DNA of 64,000 bases from Octopus vulgaris (Eukaryota), in assembly GCA_951406725.2 (NCBI GenBank), contig OX597827.1, positions 28,706,001 through 28,770,000 on the forward strand. Direction: 5' to 3'. A program made the position numbers and the translations under genes. The notes under the pieces are model-generated. The model was not told the origin of the DNA. It was given only the letters and a program-made list of their open reading frames with translations, and searched no databases. Positions 51,866 to 64,000 of this stretch are shown here, one piece after another. Each line of letters starts with the position of its first letter. The first letter of the stretch is position 1.

Positions 51866-52968
51866 ATCTACACGAAACAACACAAAGCAAAACAGTGGAG
51901 TCGTATGCTGGTAACACATCTATACGCTGTTGAATTCCACAGAAAACATGTTTAAAGAGAAATTAATATATGCACTTGAAACAGCATTATATTAAAATGC
52001 CACTGGGGCAATTATTTAATGTATATTTAAACGAAAAAAACACTAGTTGTAATATTTCTTCTGAGAGAAACTTCTGAAAAAGATATGTATTTTGACAGAC
52101 TCAAGATTTTACTCGTAAAGCAAGTTGATTCTAGGTCACTATGTTTCGACCTGATTTAGTCCCCTCAGTAACAAATAAAACAGGTTCTGAGTTAAAGCAA
52201 AAATGCTTGTTCCAATACAGAAATCGATCAACAAAACATTTACTGATTCGTGTTAAAGCTAGTTAAACTAAATTTAAATTCACATACAAACTTGAAAAAT
52301 CTATTTTTCAAAACATTATTTATGTATTTTATAATTTCATTGCAATTGTATTTTGCATATCACTATAGCTATGGTGCAAGCTTTCTCTGTAAACTTTTGG
52401 GAATGACACATTAATTTGGGTCTACATTAATCACACTGAGTTAAACAGCGAGAGAATTTAACGAAGGACTTATTTAAACAATCACCCGAGAAGGAACACC
52501 TTGGATGCAAGATAATGATTGTGCAACATCTCACCAATGTATGAATGGTGTAAGAATGTGTTGAAACAATCGGAATGGTTTTACATAAATAATGCCGTTA
52601 ATTGCATCTATCATTTATCTATATAACATGTAGAATATATATATATACAAATGTGGAAGAGTACTGTCTGTAAATTTGTCAGACAAACATTTCAAAGGGA
52701 CATTTGTAAAAAGAAAAAAAGAGTGATATAGCTTTGCTCAAAATTGGGATTGGTTTTTGGACACGTTCTTTCGACCTGATTTCTTTCCCTCCAGTCAGGA
52801 ATAGTTTGTAAATGCTGAGGTAAGCTGAAACTGTTTGTTGCGATATACGAATCGGTAAATGTTATGTTTACCAATTCGTGATTGAGACAGCCAGGCTAGA
52901 ATGAAATTATTATACGCTATTGAACGAGATAAAATTTTACTGCGTTATTCTTCCACGTTTGCATATCG

Positions 52969-53342
52969 TGGCACTCCCTCGGTTACGAAGACGAGGGTTC
53001 CAGTTGATCCGATTAATGAACAGCCTGCTCGTGAAATTAAAGTGCAAGTGGCTGAGCAGTCCACAGACACGTGTGCCCTTAACGTAGGGGAGATTCAGCG
53101 TGACACAGAGTTTGACAAGGCTGGCCCTTTGAAATACAAACAGGTACAACGGAAACAGGAAGAAAGAGTGAAAGTTGTGGTGAAAGAGTGCAACAGGAGT
53201 CACCGGCACCCACTGCCGGAGCCTCGTGGAGCTTTAGGTGTTTTCGCTCAATAAACACTCACAACACCCGGTTTGGGAATCGAAACCGCGATCCTACTAC
53301 AGCGGGTCCGCTGCCCTAACCACTGGACCATTGCGACTCCAC
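52969..53342 (-). mobile_element. tRNA-derived SINE, central domain Y plus tail Q
   Basis: A box TGGTCCAGTGG, B box GGTTTCGATTCC; head/body as at 9772-10075, tail as at 428-737. Confidence 0.85.
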
Positions 53343-53889
53343 ACGTTTGCATATACATTATAATTGCATAATATGTGGATGTATCTCACGCAATATAGTT
53401 GGAGTTCAGAAATCTAACTCGATAACCTTTAGTAACACAGATGGGGAGGAAAACAAAAATTAAATGTATATCCACAAATCTACTACAGATAATTAACCCT
53501 ACTTCGATTCTACTACCTCCACTGTATTCAATATTGTTTCAATTTAATTTATTTCTTGACATTTCCCCCAATTTATTGTACCTCATCTTTTATTATATTT
53601 TATTTTTGTTTTATTTTCTTCTATTTCTTCTCATGTTTCTCTCTATCTATCCTACTAACGGCATTACCCATTATCTTGACAGACGACATGTATTAATAAA
53701 AAGTAAACAGAAACGCAACGCTAATGACGTATAAACTTGATGGTGAAAACTCAAATTTCAGCGAAGAAATTTTAGCAAGACGCAACGGATGTGTTTAATG
53801 TAGAGAGGCGAATGTCACTAAATATTGAAGATGGAGATTAGAAGATTAGAGTATGAAGTTATGAGTTCTATAAACATAATTAATGATAA

Positions 53890-53959
<70 letters not shown>

Positions 53960-53963
<4 letters not shown>

Positions 53964-55348
53964 TAGTAAAAAGTGAAAAAACTACAGAAGGCTTGTTTTA
54001 AAAGGTTAAAAAATATATACTTGAGTCAATATGTCTGAAGAATATTATAAATTTTTTCTTACAATGACATAGTTTAGAAGAAATGACCGGTTTCGCGTTC
54101 AGCTTTTCAAATTTCTTACATCGTTATGTTTATGTTGAGAAGAGTAATCGTTATGTTTATGTTGAAAAGAGTTCTAGATAAGGGGAGGTAATAAGTGATT
54201 TCTTCCGGTGTAAGGGAGATAATCGCTTAAAACTTTTTGCCTTTCCTTTGGGGTGAATTTCTCTGTATAAGTATGTTGGAATGGTTAAGTCTGGGCTTGT
54301 ACTTTTCAATGAAGAATGTTTCCTTGTTTAGTCTAATTTGTGTTGGTGTTCCGATAGCATATTGGTAAAATGGAAAGATTAAAAATTGTGGTAGTGGTTG
54401 CTTTGCGCATTTCTCAATGTGCTCACTAAAAGGTATCATTCTGTATTCTGGGAATGCAATCTGTTGTCGATGCAGTGTGCATCTATGTCTGAGTGATAGT
54501 CCCGTGGATCCCACGTAGTCTTGGTGGCAGCCCGAGCATTTTATGACATAAATTATGTTTTCAGAGGCACAAGTAAAATTAGATTTGATCTTGAATTTCT
54601 GTCCCTCTTTGAAGAGGAATTCTGATCCTTCTAGCAGGTTTGGACATGTTGCACAGTTCAGTCTACCACATTTTTTTTACTTTTGCATCCGTAATTTCAG
54701 AAAACAATTTTGCCTTTGTGAGAATCTTTTTAAGTGATTTAGGTTGTTTGTAGCTTTTAATGATTTGGTGTATGTTTAGAATTTCCTTTAATTTGGGGTC
54801 CTTATGAAGTATTGGTAAATTCTGGGCGATGATGGTGAAGGCTTCTTTGTTTCTGGGGTTGTATGTGGATATGTAAGGTAGTATTTTCGGGGAAGGTGTG
54901 TTGTTGTGTTGAACTTTTCTTAAAGTTTCTATGTTGATTTCTGTTGCACGTCTGATCCCATCCTCTATGAGTTGAGCTGGGTAATGTCTGTCAATTAGGG
55001 TGTTTTTGAGTTCTTGCAGTCTAAAGTTCCTGGTATTTTGTTCTGACAGTATTGTGCATATCCTTCTTGCAAGGTTGAAGGGGATGTTTGTTTTAGTGTG
55101 TCTTGGGTGGCATGAATTAAAAAGAAGGTATTGTTTGGCGTCTGTGGCTTTGTAAAAAATGTCTGTTTCTATTTTAAGGTTAATTTTTTTAATTAGTATA
55201 TCCAAGAATGGGAGCTCCTTTTGGTTGTATTCCATTGTGAACTGTATATTTGGGTGTATGCTGTTCAATAGGTTTTTAAATTTTAGGAGTTTATCTGTGT
55301 TTTCCTTCCAGAGTATAAAACAATCGTCCAGGAATCGTTTCCAATTCT
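53960..55348 (-). mobile_element. 5'-truncated Penelope-like element (RT C-terminus plus GIY-YIG endonuclease)
   Basis: [35 protein letters not shown]; after a frameshift CATC...FTCASENIIYVIKC..C.QDYVGST. Confidence 0.9.
54078..54117 (-). ncRNA. Minimal type-I hammerhead ribozyme candidate, U3-A8 variant, in a Penelope 3' repeat
   Basis: AAGAAAU-UUGAAAA-GC(UGAAC)GC-GAAA-CCGG-UC-AUUUCUU; perfect 7-bp stem I, GUC site. Confidence 0.7.
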
Positions 55349-55352
55349 CTTT

Positions 55353-55403
<51 letters not shown>

Positions 55404-55489
55404 TCAGGCACATACATATATACATATATATATACATACACACACACACTCACACACGCATGTATGTATATATATATACATATATATAT

Positions 55490-55645
55490 ACACGACGGGT
55501 TTCTTTCGGTTTCCGTCTACAAGATCCAGGCACAATGCTTTTGTTGGCTCGATGCTAGAGCAAACGTCACTCTCCCATGGTGCTACGCAGTGAGACTGAA
55601 CCCGTAAACATATGGTTGGGAAGCAAAAATTTTACCAAAGAGCTA
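55490..55645 (-). mobile_element. SINE family 3, head fragment
   Basis: ACGACGGGTTTCTTTCGGTTTCCGTCTAC...GACTGAACCC. Confidence 0.7.
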
Positions 55646-55665
55646 CACTTTCACTTTTACCTAAA

Positions 55666-55703
<38 letters not shown>

Positions 55704-55902
55704 AAATGGCTACCTTACCTACTTATATATAAAGTCTTTCTCACATACACATTCTGAGAACGAATGAAAGTGTAAAGAATGAAGGTTCGAAACGTTAAAG
55801 ACTTTTTCAATTCCCGAGCCTTATACTAATACGTCTGTTTGTTGTCTACACCACCTGTCTTCGTCTTTTGTTTTTGTTTGTGAATGCTCCCTCTATATAC
55901 AC

Positions 55903-55946
<44 letters not shown>

Positions 55947-55969
55947 GTGTGTGTGTGTGTGTGTGTATA

Positions 55970-56021
<52 letters not shown>

Positions 56022-56443
56022 TAACTGATTTGGGATCTAAAAGACCACAATGAACAATTTCATTTAGAATGGTTGATTCTCTCAATCTCGATACCTTATG
56101 ACAAAGGCAAGGAATTCTGTCTTCTCTGCAATTCTGAGCTATTTTTCATTATTTTTTCTAAAAATCCCCTAGTAAACACGGTTATAAAGCGAGCATACAG
56201 ATGTAAACATTGGCAAAAACACACATTTAGTGCATATAAGTAGCCTCCATCATTATATATAATTTAAACTTTAATTTCCTTTATACTTAACATTCACTAT
56301 TAATATCCCTACTCTTTCTGTTAGCTACTTATGACGTTATATCATATAACGTTTTTTTAAACAATATTAATAGCGTTTATTAATCGCTATACAAATCCAT
56401 CATTTTTTGCTAAAATGTCTTATTGACGAGTTTCGTTTTTTTC

Positions 56444-56529
56444 ACTTTTCTGAAGAGAAGATTGCATTGTTTATACCATTTATTCTTTTGAATAATATCA
56501 GTGGAATTTTCGAAACATGTGTCGAAAGT
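56444..56529 (+). ncRNA. Type-I hammerhead ribozyme candidate with long stem II
   Basis: ACUUUU-CUGAAGA-GAAGAUU...AAUUUUC-GAAA-CAUGUG-UC-GAAAGU; canonical core, GUC site. Confidence 0.65.
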
Positions 56530-57337
56530 AAAAATATTTGATTTACACCTGCGTTAAACTCCATTTATTTATTCATATATATAAACATATATATATATAT
56601 AGATATGAACAAATGCAAAAGACACATACCAAACACTCACACACACACACAAACACACATTCATACACACATTACGGTCATTCGTTAATGGTTTCAACAT
56701 CTGAAAGCATACATTTCATTCAATGAGCGCTATAAATGTATTTTTCTTGCGTGCAGTAATTACTAGGTTCCTAACAGCAACTTGCTTTTTATATTAAAGC
56801 AAAAACCTTTTCGATTAGGATAAAAGCAAGACAAATCATCTTTCTCAATCGTCAGGCTGTGTCCAGGAGTATTACAGAACATAACTGCAGGTTATTTATG
56901 AGAATTCGTGAGAATAACCATGTATATGGTTAAGATCACATCGATCGTAGTTATTAGCTCGATAGCTTCCAGCATGTAATAGGCTGGTAGTTTACTCTGA
57001 TGGAATATTCATTAGAATTAATTAATTAATCGATAAATAATATTTCATCTGGAACGGTTTCGTAAAGATTACGTGTACCCTACAATTCCAATATCCAGTA
57101 GTAACATTAGTTGCGTATAACGTGCGGTAAATAAATCCAGGCAATCTGATGAATGACAATGTGACAGCCATATTCCTATGACATAATGGACGTATAATTA
57201 ATAAAACGTCTTGCGATAGAAACATATGTAGCACGTCTATACTTAAAATTTTATTTGATATATATATGTGTGTGTGTGTATGTGTGTGTGTCTGTATGTG
57301 TGTGTGTGTATGTGTGTGTGTATGTGTGTGTGTGTGT

Positions 57338-57565
57338 GGAGGCGCGTGGCTTAGTGGTTAGGGTGTCAGCATCATAATCGTAAGATTGTGGTTTCGATTC
57401 CTGGACAGGGCGACGCGTTGTGTTCTTGAGCAAAACACTTAATTTCACATTGCTCCAGTCCACTCAGCTGGCAAAAATGAGTAACGCTGCGAAGGACTCG
57501 CGTCCCGTCCAGCTGGGGAACACATACGTCATTGAAACCGAGAAACTGGGCCAATGAGCGCATTT
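57338..57565 (+). mobile_element. tRNA-derived SINE, CORE-like domain plus tail P
   Basis: A box TGGCTTAGTGG, B box GGTTTCGATTCC; followed by (TTA)n. Confidence 0.85.
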
Positions 57566-57572
57566 GTTTTTA

Positions 57573-57639
<67 letters not shown>

Positions 57640-58503
57640 CATATATATATATATATATATATAAAGGTCTAACAGATATTTTTTTTAGTACTAAAATCAT
57701 CTACGCGATACATTCCAGAAGTTTTGAGACACTTTCTGGTTATTACTGTCTTAGATTATTCTAATTTCAGTCTATCATCACTATGCATCTAATAAGTTGG
57801 ATTGCCAACTTTTGTTAATGGAGATTGAAGGAGACGCTTGTAACATAACTTGATAACATTCTTTATCTCGTATTCTCTTTAAGTTGGTATCATTAACTAA
57901 AGTTTCAATTTCATTGACTTCCATCTATTTTTAATTCATTTGTAGTGTTTCTGTTCTTTTTTGCAAACATTTACTTTTCACTTCCTTAACACGCGTATTT
58001 TTCAACAATCATTCTGCAATATTAAATATTTCCATTATTCCCTGCCATACTTTGATTTAAGAATTCTACAGACCAGTTTGTATTTCTTATATCCTCTCTA
58101 CCTATTTCTTTGATTCACTGACTCCGTATCTTTCCCATATCTTCTCTCTCTTTCTCCCTCTCTCCTCACTATCCTTCTATGTCCGTCTCTCTGCTTCCCT
58201 ATCCTTCTCACTTTCTCACTATTTAACTTCTTATCTCGGTTTTCTTAATATAAATTGTGGGTCTATTTACACCATTCTTCCCACAAAATTAGCCTCTCTT
58301 GCACAGTCTTCATCTTCCCTATAATTAACTCCCTATCTATAATTTTTGCGTTACAGTTGCCTCAATTAATCACAGAATGCCATGGTTCTTACAAATTGTC
58401 CGCCTACTTACGACAAACCTTGTGATTTTTAACTTGTTTCAGCCTCTCTCTCGCCCCTCTCTCCCCCCTCTCTCTCTCTTTCACCGCCGTCCATGCTTAT
58501 ATA

Positions 58504-58642
58504 CAGTAATCTCTCAACTATCACCGGTGTTACGTATCAAAACCCCACCGTGATAGGTAAAACTCCGTGAAGTAGAAACAAACACCACTGAGAAATCGAC
58601 GTAGGTTTCAATAATAAACCGCGATATGGCGAGGTATTACTG
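58504..58642. mobile_element. pogo/Tigger-like MITE, short copy
   Basis: TA|CAGTAATCTCTC...CGAGGTATTACTG|TA; homologous to 2407-2629. Confidence 0.75.
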
Positions 58643-59029
58643 TATATATACGTATGTGTGTATGCATATCTGTGTATCTGTGTGTGTGTGTGTGTGCGTG
58701 CACATGGGAGAACTACAAATGTGGACAGTGTCCTGTAATTTCTTGCTGAAAAACCAACACATAAGATTTGCTTAGACTGTTGAAATATTTGTGGTGCACC
58801 TGAGTTAACTCCTTCCATTAAGTCAACATTGCCTGAGTAGGCACACAGTGTGCCACTCATGGGAGTGATCAGAAAGCAACGTGAGATGCAGTGTTTTACT
58901 GGAGAAGAAAAGGCACCGTCCGGTCCTGGAATCGAAACCTAAGATTTCGCTGTCGTGAATTATACTCAGTGACCTCTCGGTCACGCACCCTCATATATAT
59001 GTGTGTGCTTATATATGTGTGTATTTCCG

Positions 59030-61157
59030 CGACACTCTACCTACATCTAATGAGGACTGCTTCATCGACCTGGGATGCCGACCATCCCAGTGGACGCCAC
59101 CTCATGGCCAGTTCCAAGCAGTCGATCTTTTTGTGGGCGCCTGCCAGCGCGCTATGGACCGGTTTAATTTTGCCAGGCGCCCCGTCATCTAAACATCTCC
59201 CCAGCTGAACTCTCGGCCCTTTCATGTCGCCGACGCCGCACTGACATCATGATCAAAACGGCCGGCAAGGGTGGAGCCATGGTGGTGTGGTGCGCAGACT
59301 TCTACACGACCGAAGCTCTCCGCCAACTTCAAGACACCTCCTTCTATTGCCCTCTGACCCCATGCCCAGCAATTAACAGACTGTGTCCTCCACTATCCAT
59401 GACCTCATCTCCTCCTCCTGTCTCTCCCCCACCGCCTCCAACATCATTGTCCGCACCCTTCGCAACACCACTATTTACGTCCTCCCACAAATCCACAAAC
59501 CTAACAACTCTGGCCGCCCCAGCATCTCCAGATATCTGAACCGTGTCCTTGCCCCCACCCCTAGTGGCTTCCCTCCCCTCTCACATCCATGACACCAACC
59601 ACGCACTTCGTTTGTTCAACTCTTTCTCTTTCTCTCCTGGCTCCTCTAAACTTCTCTTCACCCTCGACATACTGAGTCTTTACACGGTGATCTCTCACCA
59701 CGAGGGGCTGCGTGCACTCCAAAATTTCCTTGACCGTCGCCCCCCCCCCCACCTGACACATCCACACTCGTTCGTCTGGCCGAACCTGTACGCTCACTCA
59801 ACTGCTTCTCGTTCGCTGGTGATTTCTACCAGTATTTTCGGGAGAGGCCATGAGAACGAGAATGGGCCCCAACTATGCGAACCTGTTCGTTGGCTATGTT
59901 AAGGCCCAAATATTCTCAATATGCTCCCATCCACTCTGCCGCACTTGCCCTTACCTCTCCAGCATCACCCTTCTCCCCGGCACCCATCATCGACCCTATC
60001 ATATCACTGACTCCTTCACCTGCACTTCTACCAATATCATCTACTGCATATCCTGCTCTCTCTGCCCTTCTCAATACATCAAACAAACGAGACGCCGCTT
60101 GGCTGTCCGGTTCGCGGAACACCTCCGAGACATCCGACTCGGCAATGACACCCCGGTCTCGCGCCATTTCCACTCTACCAGTCGCTCTTTGCCGCACCTG
60201 TCCGTGTTCAGATTGTTCTTGCACAGGGGACATCCGGAATCCCGTTTGCACCGTGAACAGGGATCAATCTACTCTCTTCGCTCCTTTGCACCACATGGGC
60301 TCAAATCTCCTCCCCTTTTCATCTAACCTTCTCCCCTCGCCTCTCTCTCCCCCTCATACCTACCTACTCCAACCTACTTCTCCTATCTTGCTCCGACTCC
60401 TACTTCTCTTCACTCCTACCTCTCTTCACTCCTACTCTCCTTCTCTCTCCTCTTCACTCCTACCACCTTCTCCTTCCTCCCTCTCAGTGTTACCCTTCCG
60501 TCGTAAGACCACCCCACCCTTACACATTCCACCTCCACCTTCCCTATACTCCCCCATCCCTTACAACCACTCTCAATAGCCACCTCTACCCCCACCCTCC
60601 GCCTACACACATACCCCACCGCTACCCCCATCCTCAGCCTAACCGACAACCCACCCTTGCTTTCCCCACTTTCGCCTCCCCCACCTCCCAGCACCATCAT
60701 ACCACACAACACACAACTACAACTTACACCACCATACCACACAACACATCACATCACAACATACATCAGCACTGACCACTCCTTAGACACACATTCACAC
60801 ACGTACACATACACACACGCACACGTCAAGATCACCAACCCTCTTCCACACGCACATAAAAACTCTCTTATACACACGCACGCGCACCTTCGTTTTGCGG
60901 TCACCACTACTTTATTATCTCCCCTTTTCCTTAGCTCTCGTTTGTGACCCTTCTGTCTGGCATTCGTCATGATAGATCGCTAGCCAATACACATCCTTTA
61001 TTTTCTGTCCTTGTTTCTTTCTGTGTTCCTTTCTGAGGAAGAGCATAGGCTCGAAACGTTAAACACTTTCACTTCCCGAGCGTTATACCAATATTGTCTA
61101 GACCACCGGTCTTCGTCTTCAGTTTTTTTGTGAATTCTCCCCCTAATTCTCCCCCTA
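59030..61157 (+). mobile_element. Decayed Penelope-like element (RT N-half, internal deletion, GIY-YIG, pyrimidine-rich 3' region)
   Basis: IKTAGKGGAMVVW, YVLPQIHKP, LFTLDILSLYT, MGPNYANLF, then CRTCP...FTCTSTNIIYCISCSLC..QYIKQT...RFAEH. Confidence 0.85.
61030..61063 (+). ncRNA. Minimal hammerhead ribozyme candidate in a Penelope 3' repeat
   Basis: CUGAGGA-A-GAGC(AUAG)GCUC-GAAA-CG-UU; stem I is weak (UUU/AAA). Confidence 0.5.
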
Positions 61158-61430
61158 TATATATATATTTATATATGTGTGTGTGTGTATTTATACACAC
61201 ACACTAACACACACACATATATATACATAGATATATGTATACATTTAGACTTACATATATACATATATATATATATATTAATATATTGACATTGCACAAT
61301 CTAAAAAATATGCACTCAATACGTGGTTTAGGTTCATGTTTACGCGGCATCATTTGGTGATTCATTTCATTCTTATTTCAAGTTTCCCATACTTCGCGTC
61401 AGGCAGAAAGTATATGGAAAAATAAACGAA

Positions 61431-61471
<41 letters not shown>

Positions 61472-61483
61472 TATATAGAAGGA

Positions 61484-61532
61484 GCTTCTACAGGACTAGT
61501 ACTGTTTCATTCAAGAGAAATCTTCAGGAAGC
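61484..61532 (-). ncRNA. Type-I hammerhead ribozyme candidate embedded in (TA)n
   Basis: GCUUC-CUGAAGA-U-UUC(UCUU)GAA-U-GAAA-CAG(UACUAGUC)CUG-UA-GAAGC. Confidence 0.6.
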
Positions 61533-61587
61533 ATATATATATATATGTAGGTTCATAAATACATGATACAATATGTATATATATATT

Positions 61588-61662
<75 letters not shown>

Positions 61663-62161
61663 TGTTTATGTATATATATATATGTATGTATGTATGTATG
61701 TAGTATGTATGTATGTATGTATGTATGTATGTATGTATGTATGTATGTATATATGTATGTATATGTGCATATATAAAATGTTTTACTCTTTCCTTGCCAT
61801 TATTATATACATTTCATTTCCATTTCTCTTTGCCTCCAAAATTTGCTAAACCTATTTGTTTTTGTTTTTTTCAAAATTTATTCAATTTTCTCTTACCTTA
61901 TTTATTTCTCTTAAACTTATTTTTGCTTTCTTCTTATTATTATTACTCTTTTCTGATTTTGCAACGTTCCTTCGATTAGTTTTATTGTAATATTCTTTTT
62001 GTGTTCTTTAGTAATTCCACCTCGCCTGCCTATATCGCATGTAATCTATCGATATTGTACACACACACATACACATATATGTGTATGTATATATATAGAC
62101 ATACACATACATATCTATATATGTATATATACGTATATATGTATAAACACATACACATATA

Positions 62162-62246
<85 letters not shown>

Positions 62247-63461
62247 GCATACATACGTATACATTTGTACCCATATATGTAGGAAAGTATGTATATATGC
62301 ACTCGGAATATAACATAAATTCTTATGGTCTAAGTTCCCATATATATATACGTATGAATATATATACATATACATATACACATACATATACATATACACA
62401 TACATATACACATGTGTGTGTGTGTATGTGTGTATGTATGTGTGTGTGTATGTGTGTGTGTGTATAATGTACGTACGTATGTAAAGGAATGCATAAATTA
62501 TTGTTGTTTTTCTTTCACCCTGTAGTCGTAGATCAATTTATCTTCCGAATCAACAATCTGCTACCCAAGCCCCCTCACATCCCATCCATTCCCCCATTAT
62601 ACCTAAACACACACCAGCAAATCTCTTCTCCACTTGCTAATATATTATTTCTTCCTTTCCACATTTCCTTGTTCCTTTCCCTTTCGTCTTTATTTATTTA
62701 TTACTTAATATACTTTTATTCTTTTACCAGTAACAGCATAGTTTATTTCATGCAACCCCGGCCACGTCATTTTTGTCTTCCATAATTACCCTCCGTTTTA
62801 TCAGTCTATACTCCCTAAAGCTCCTTCCCCCCCCCCCATCCCTGTTCTCAGTCTATTTTGTTTATTTCTTCATTTCATCTGTATTTCCTCTCTATTTAAC
62901 TCACTCTTTTTTCATTTGTTTTGTTATATGTTATATATATATACATACATTGATACATACATGCATATATATATATTATATAGTATTATATATTATGTAG
63001 TATTATATATTATGTATATATATTTATATATATATATATATATATATATAGTATTATATATCATGTATATATAGTTATATTTATATATATGCAATTATAT
63101 ATAATTACATATGTATATATAGTATTATATATATGTATCAATAGTTTTATATGTATATATTTTTTAAAACATTTTGTATATATATATACGCACGCATATA
63201 CCTGCATTATGGATCTCCATGTGTCTGTATGCCTACGTTCGTTTGTGTGTGTATAAATAAATGTATATATGATTATATTTATGTATGTATGTATGTATGT
63301 ATGTATGTATGTATGTATGTATGTATGTATGTATGTGTGTGTATGAGTGATGTATTTATTGTGCATCACAATGTGAGATATCAGGCTCTTCTATTAGTTT
63401 CACCATGCATAGCGGCTCCTTTGTATATATATCCATATGTATATAAGTACATATATATATT

Positions 63462-63504
<43 letters not shown>

Positions 63505-64000
63505 CAATAATAAATCTCTGAACGAGATGTAAACAGTAACTGCTCGACCACGTAAAGTATGCTAGCCATCTCAATATGGTTAACCACTAAGGCTGGGTGT
63601 TACTGTAGCTTTTAGCCCCAGGAGATCATCGTCTCCAGCTGGCTTTAGGCACACTTTCTGTGCCCCTATGGTATTTGCAAAGGGAGGTCATCCCTCTCTC
63701 GTAAACCTAAGCGAAACGCACGGACTGCAGTTACTAGGTTTTGCCTGTCTTCAGCGTACGGCAGTCACCGGTTTACGATTAATTCTTTATTACGATTATA
63801 AAATCAGTACATAGAAGAACAATACAGGACATACATACAAAAAAACAGTTAAGTGGTTCGTTTAAAAATTCCCACAATATATGGATTATTCATTATACAA
63901 AAAACAAAAAAAACTGTATTTAAATTGTCCTTTGCATTGACAAATATAACATTACATTAGATTGAAATCTTACCGATATATTTTAAACCCCGGCAACCTA

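Noticed and set aside
52135-52172. Minus-strand CTGAGGG-GAC..GTC-GAAAC
   Set aside because: A9 is mutated and there is no valid NUH site with stem I.
57338-57410. tRNA-like A and B boxes (also 10000-10075, 53270-53342, 51042-51130)
   Set aside because: They continue into SINE bodies and no full cloverleaf is evident; SINE heads, not tRNA genes.
63590-63790. GC-richer non-repetitive patch
   Set aside because: Probably a repeat fragment, but no motif or second copy in the window supports a call.

Overview
AT-rich, microsatellite-saturated animal genomic DNA. The SINE repertoire and (TA)n/(CA)n density suggest a cephalopod, probably Octopus (inference). No host protein-coding exon can be supported, and nearly all listed ORFs are microsatellite translations. 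The window is a transposon landscape: several tRNA-derived SINE families, MITEs (pogo/Tigger-like, piggyBac-like), a solo LTR, and fragments of RTE, R4/Dong, CR1-like and Penelope-like retroelements. Three observations stand out. (1) An 8.1-kb unit with canonical Helitron termini (41855-49963) encloses a head-to-tail array of Tx1/L1-like elements: an ORF1-only unit, a near-complete ORF1+ORF2 element and a third truncated unit. (2) A SINE family shares this LINE's 3' stem-loop tail and repeatedly sits inside the head of its own relatives at the same junction. (3) Several minimal type-I hammerhead ribozyme candidates are present, including C3-G8, U3-A8 and two G3-C8 core variants. All RNA structures were read by eye, and repeat boundaries are approximate.
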